From positions 331,128 to 395,127 of IMG/VR virus record IMGVR_UViG_3300024252_000004: 64,000 nucleotides of DNA, one strand, 5' to 3'. A model generated the notes under the pieces. It ran no database searches and was not told the DNA's origin. It worked only from the letters and a program-made list of their open reading frames with translations. Positions within the stretch are counted from its first letter, which is position 1. Each line of letters begins with the position of its first letter. The position numbers and the translations under genes were made by a program. Below, piece after piece: positions 62,488 to 64,000 of the stretch.

Positions 62488-64000
62488 ATGAAAAAATCTA
62501 ATCAAGACGCGAACAAACAACTTGAGGACCTATTCTTTGACGTAAAGAACAGCTTCTTGGATTATGATCCCGCGTACTTTATTCAAAACAATTTAACACT
62601 CGATGGTGAGCCATTCTCCGTATTGGATAATGGCTGGAAGTTTATGTCGGATATCTATAGGTATATCGCATTGCAAGCCACCAGAGAGTCTGGTAAGCCC
62701 GTTGTAATTTGCAAAGGGCGACAGGTCGGTGCTACTGTCATGGCAGGAGCATTGGATTTATACTTTACGAACAGCGGCCTCTTTACGTCGCCTCCGGTTA
62801 AGGTAGCACACCTCTTTCCGGCTATTGCACTTGTAAAGAGATTCTCTCAGGATAAACTTGAGAATATGATTCGTTCTGCCAAGGATGACTTCATTAACAA
62901 AAACAAGCTTATCCACACAGAGCCTAACGCTGTAGACAACATTACAATGAAGCAGTTCAACACAGGGACACTTTGGATCGAAAGCATCGGTGCAGATGGT
63001 GACCGTGTTCGTGGTATGTCACTTGATGTGGCGTTCTTTGACGAAGTCCAAGATATGCCGGGAACCGCTATTGGTAACGTTACTAAGACACTCACTGCTT
63101 CTAAGTACGGACAGGTCGGTAAGGGCGTACAGATTTACTTTGGAACGCCAAAAGAAAGAGGCTCTTATTTCAATCAAATTTGGGAGCAGTCCGACAAAAG
63201 ATACTATCAGCTTGGATGCTCCAACTGTAAAGAGAATTATTTCTTTTACCATTCTGATGCACCTGATCTGTGGAGAGATATCTGGGTTGACGATCATAAT
63301 GTGAAATGCCCGGAATGTGGACATAAGGAACATAAGATTGATGCAATTGAAAATGGAAGATGGGTAGCTACAAGAGATCCTAAGACTGCAAAGTATACAG
63401 GTTTTCATATCAATCAGCTTTACATTCCATATTTTAAAAAGCAAAACATCTTAGATCTAATGCCAGAGTTCAATCCAACTCAGTCAGAAAGAATTTGGAA
63501 TAATGAGGTTATCGGAGAGTTCTACTCTGGCTCCGGCATGCCTTTAACCAGACAGGACATTATTGATAACTGTATCGATATGGACAGAAGCTTCTCAAGA
63601 AGGGTTTCTGCTCGCGACAAAACAACATATCTTGGGGTTGACTGGGGTGGCAAGGTAGATATGGACAACGTTGATCGTGGTCAATCATACTCTTGTGTCG
63701 CAGTTCTTTCTGCAACGCCTGATGGAACGCTTTATGTAGAACATGCTCATAAGCTTAGAAGCCAATCTTTTAATTACAAAAAAGAAACCATCATTGAGTG
63801 CTATAGAAGATTCGGAATTACAAGGGGAGTTAGCGATTGGTTCTTTGGACAGGACGTAGTTCATGATCTTCAGATGATCTATAGAGATAGGTTCCTTGGA
63901 GCCCAGGGTTCTGGCGCTTTGATTAAGCCTATTAAGTATAGAGAAGATGAGCTTATCATATCTTATAACAAGGATTTGCTTATTGAGGAATTGTTTGATA
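62488..64000 (+). CDS. terL: terminase large subunit (GpA-like), 3'-truncated by window edge
   Basis: Hand translation from ATG 62488 (AGGAGG RBS): KGRQVGAT (Walker A), RVRG, FFDEVQD (Walker B), FGTP, CSNC/CPEC zinc motif, GRWVA, GFHINQL, LGVDWG nuclease motif. Confidence 0.92.
   Translation, partial: MKKSNQDANKQLEDLFFDVKNSFLDYDPAYFIQNNLTLDGEPFSVLDNGWKFMSDIYRYIALQATRESGKPVVICKGRQVGATVMAGALDLYFTNSGLFTSPPVKVAHLFPAIALVKRFSQDKLENMIRSAKDDFINKNKLIHTEPNAVDNITMKQFNTGTLWIESIGADGDRVRGMSLDVAFFDEVQDMPGTAIGNVTKTLTASKYGQVGKGVQIYFGTPKERGSYFNQIWEQSDKRYYQLGCSNCKENYFFYHSDAPDLWRDIWVDDHNVKCPECGHKEHKIDAIENGRWVATRDPKTAKYTGFHINQLYIPYFKKQNILDLMPEFNPTQSERIWNNEVIGEFYSGSGMPLTRQDIIDNCIDMDRSFSRRVSARDKTTYLGVDWGGKVDMDNVDRGQSYSCVAVLSATPDGTLYVEHAHKLRSQSFNYKKETIIECYRRFGITRGVSDWFFGQDVVHDLQMIYRDRFLGAQGSGALIKPIKYREDELIISYNKDLLIEELFD

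Overview
A 64 kb segment of a large (jumbo/huge-type) tailed dsDNA bacteriophage genome. It uses the standard genetic code, is densely coding and is almost entirely on the + strand; the only credible minus-strand gene is a RuvC-like resolvase. Phage identity rests on a GpA-type terminase large subunit running off the right edge (62488->end, absent from the ORF track because it has no stop), many ORFans, free-standing HNH genes and an intein. The window holds a bacterial-style replication/recombination set (DnaE with a 444-aa LAGLIDADG intein, a primase apparently split into two distant genes, SSB, RecA, SbcCD, RuvC, FtsK-like ATPase, HU, PD-(D/E)XK nuclease). It also holds nucleotide metabolism genes (PurA, GMP reductase/IMPDH family, ThyX, HD and DHH phosphohydrolases), a proteostasis set (two divergent GroELs with no GroES in the window, Hsp20, AAA+/VWA pair, M16 peptidase), a sigma-70-family factor, KhpA, a CCA-adding-type nucleotidyltransferase and an M15-like peptidoglycan peptidase. 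The most distinctive unexplained structure is a candidate late regulon. A TACTAAT(A) element sits about 20-55 nt before a set of acidic ORFans, including two internal in-frame starts nested in longer ORFs. Many of these proteins carry recurrent K-x-A motifs, and three share an A-x2-[LF]-x3-G-x4-A-[DL] helical motif. This suggests a capsid-targeting/proteolytic maturation system for virion cargo. All assignments are from motif recognition by eye; no database searches were run.
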